Of a DNA stretch of 64,000 nt, positions 62,629 through 64,000 are shown piece by piece; position 1 is the first letter of the stretch; each line of letters opens with the position of its first letter. Source of the stretch: Bacteroidia bacterium (GTDB lineage Bacteria > Bacteroidota > Bacteroidia > J057); NCBI GenBank assembly GCA_033391075.1, contig JAWPMV010000004.1, positions 182,642 to 246,641 on the forward strand, given 5' to 3'. The notes beneath the pieces were generated by a model. It saw nothing but the letters and a program-made list of their open reading frames with translations, made no database searches and had not been told where the DNA came from. The translations under genes and the position numbers were made by a program.

Positions 62629-63888
62629 TTATTGGATGATTGACTCCCAAACCCCTTTAATCCCAATGATCGAAGTGAAAATGGAAAAAAGAAGAATGGC
62701 CAGGAGAATAGTATTTGTTGTAAAGGAATTCTGGTATTCGCCCAATAGGTCCTTTCTGTTTCCCAGATAAAAAATCGCCCCTACGGTTAAGGGTAGTATG
62801 ACGGCATTAAACGCCTGAGAGACGATCATGACAAATATGGGGGGCGCATTAAAAACAGGTACAACCAAACCCAGTAGGGAAATACCCAAGACCATCCATC
62901 GGTATTTGGGCAGGGTCATTTGTCGCTCTGTTTGATTGTAATCACATAGCAACCAGGGCAACATTAATACATTTGGAAATTGAGAGGATACGCCAGCTGC
63001 TATGATGCCAAATGCAAATATCGAAACAGCCATTTTGCCAGCCAGAGGTTCCAGCAATTCCAGCATTTGAGAGACATTTGTCAGTTCCAATCCATTGATA
63101 TGCAAAGTTCCAGCTGAGGCTGCCATAATGGAGGCACTGATTACAAACATCAGGCTTACTGAAAAGATGGCATCATTGCGTTGTTTTTTCTGATCCTTAA
63201 GTTCCCAGCCCGCTTCTTTTACCAGGGTAGTTCGAATGATGAAAAGTCCTGAAAAAACAGTGGTTCCGACCATGGATGCGATTACCAGAAAAGGGCCTTT
63301 TGCCTGGTCCTGGGAGACTTCCGGAATATTGGGAATCAAGCCCTTCAATATTTCTATCGGGGGTGGCATCAGGATAAAGAAATTGAGCAAAAAACAGGCA
63401 GACATAATCGCCACGATGACTGCCAGGGAGCGCTCGAAAAACTGTGTTTTTCCATTCCAAAAAATGAAATACACGATGGCGGAAAAAAATGCTGCAAAAT
63501 AGACAGGTGCTATCCCTCCTTCAATAATTGAGCGGGACCAAATGTGGCTTATGTCTGCAACTATCCCCATCACTCCCATCACACTACCCATTACCCCTGC
63601 CGTAAGTGCCACAATAAAAAATATCCCAAGTCCAGGATGTATATGTTTTCTAAAAGCCTGAAGAGCTGTTTCGCCAGTGATCAGGGTATACCTACTGTAC
63701 AAATTGATCATGAAGTAGGTCGTCAGACAGGATGCAACAATCGTCCAAAGCAAGGACATGCCATAACTGGCTCCGGCTTTGGCCATTGCTGTCACACTTC
63801 CTGTCCCAATGTTGAATCCCAAAAGGAAAATACCAGGTAGAAACAGTAAAAGTCCTTGAAGAAACTTACGCTTTATTGTTGAAATCAA
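62629..63888 (-). CDS. Nramp(SLC11)-fold transporter with non-canonical substrate-site residues
   Basis: Alignable by eye to MntH (AGASYGMSLLW vs AGASFGYQLLW; 11 TM layout). However, TM1 DPGN is GTGS and TM6 MPH is FSG. Its stop codon abuts the ATG of the PMI-like gene. Confidence 0.8.
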   Translation of the reverse strand: MISTIKRKFLQGLLLFLPGIFLLGFNIGTGSVTAMAKAGASYGMSLLWTIVASCLTTYFMINLYSRYTLITGETALQAFRKHIHPGLGIFFIVALTAGVMGSVMGVMGIVADISHIWSRSIIEGGIAPVYFAAFFSAIVYFIFWNGKTQFFERSLAVIVAIMSACFLLNFFILMPPPIEILKGLIPNIPEVSQDQAKGPFLVIASMVGTTVFSGLFIIRTTLVKEAGWELKDQKKQRNDAIFSVSLMFVISASIMAASAGTLHINGLELTNVSQMLELLEPLAGKMAVSIFAFGIIAAGVSSQFPNVLMLPWLLCDYNQTERQMTLPKYRWMVLGISLLGLVVPVFNAPPIFVMIVSQAFNAVILPLTVGAIFYLGNRKDLLGEYQNSFTTNTILLAILLFSIFTSIIGIKGVWESIIQ

Positions 63889-64000
63889 TGTATGCAGATA
63901 TAGATATACGAGCTTAAACAGCCTAAAAACGGATACATTTACAGCCGATTTTTAGGCTTGAGTTATTAGAGATCTTCTGATAAAAAGAGCGATATCATTG

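Noticed and set aside
223-63840. Dozens of 60-130-aa ORFs in the track nested inside or antisense to the large genes (for example 223-417, 657-863, 7466-7834, 17004-17393, 23270-23684, 38383-38742, 45100-45396, 63197-63502).
   Set aside because: They lie wholly within longer ORFs that carry clear family motifs. They show low-complexity or odd composition and no recognisable motifs, so I treat them as frame shadows.
63889-64000. Possible Mn2+ (yybP-ykoY) riboswitch upstream of the Nramp-family gene.
   Set aside because: The conserved riboswitch core was not seen, only a simple A/T-flanked hairpin. The transporter itself also lacks metal ligands.
1-64000. Scan for tRNA, rRNA, CRISPR arrays, IS elements, integrases, phage genes, and toxin-antitoxin or restriction-type defence genes.
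   Set aside because: None found by eye. The non-coding gaps (12754-12842, 20606-20822, 22632-22846, 31850-32221, 46556-46791, 49197-49468) lack tRNA-like GTTCGAATC arms or repeat-spacer periodicity. A tRNAscan/Rfam/ISfinder run would be needed to be sure.

Overview
This 64-kb chromosomal segment reads as Bacteroidota. It carries two proteins with T9SS C-terminal sorting domains, a TonB-dependent receptor/DUF4249 pair, LytS-like/LytTR two-component pairs, and membrane-anchored AraC and LytTR one-component regulators. GC is roughly 40-45% by eye. I support about 55 protein-coding genes, mostly envelope/secreted proteins and sensory or regulatory genes. I found no rRNA, tRNA, CRISPR array, transposase, integrase or prophage signature. 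The headline candidate is a tightly coupled minus-strand operon at 12843-19799 (possibly extending to 20605). It encodes two ANL-type adenylating enzymes (one fused to a phosphopantetheine-type carrier domain, the other to a methyltransferase-fold-like N-terminus), an anchored SGNH/DltD-like protein, a DltB-sized MBOAT, and a 45-aa single-TM ORF absent from the ORF track. That small ORF starts 4 nt after the MBOAT stop and ends in a Tyr-containing aromatic tail. Together these reproduce the logic of the Firmicutes Dlt (DltA/C/B/X/D) trans-membrane acylation pathway in a diderm that has no teichoic acid. Other items worth a second look: an Nramp-fold transporter in which every canonical metal-ligand position is substituted, next to a PMI-like cupin and an HTH-less FCD protein; a class III cyclase-TPR-AraC fusion; a 16-nt palindrome-containing repeat bracketing a NarL/LuxR response regulator; a junction of two apparently truncated genes (TPR lipoprotein / S41 peptidase remnant); and an ABC-2-permease/M1-aminopeptidase fusion with no ATPase partner. 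All functional calls rest on motifs read by eye. No database search was run.
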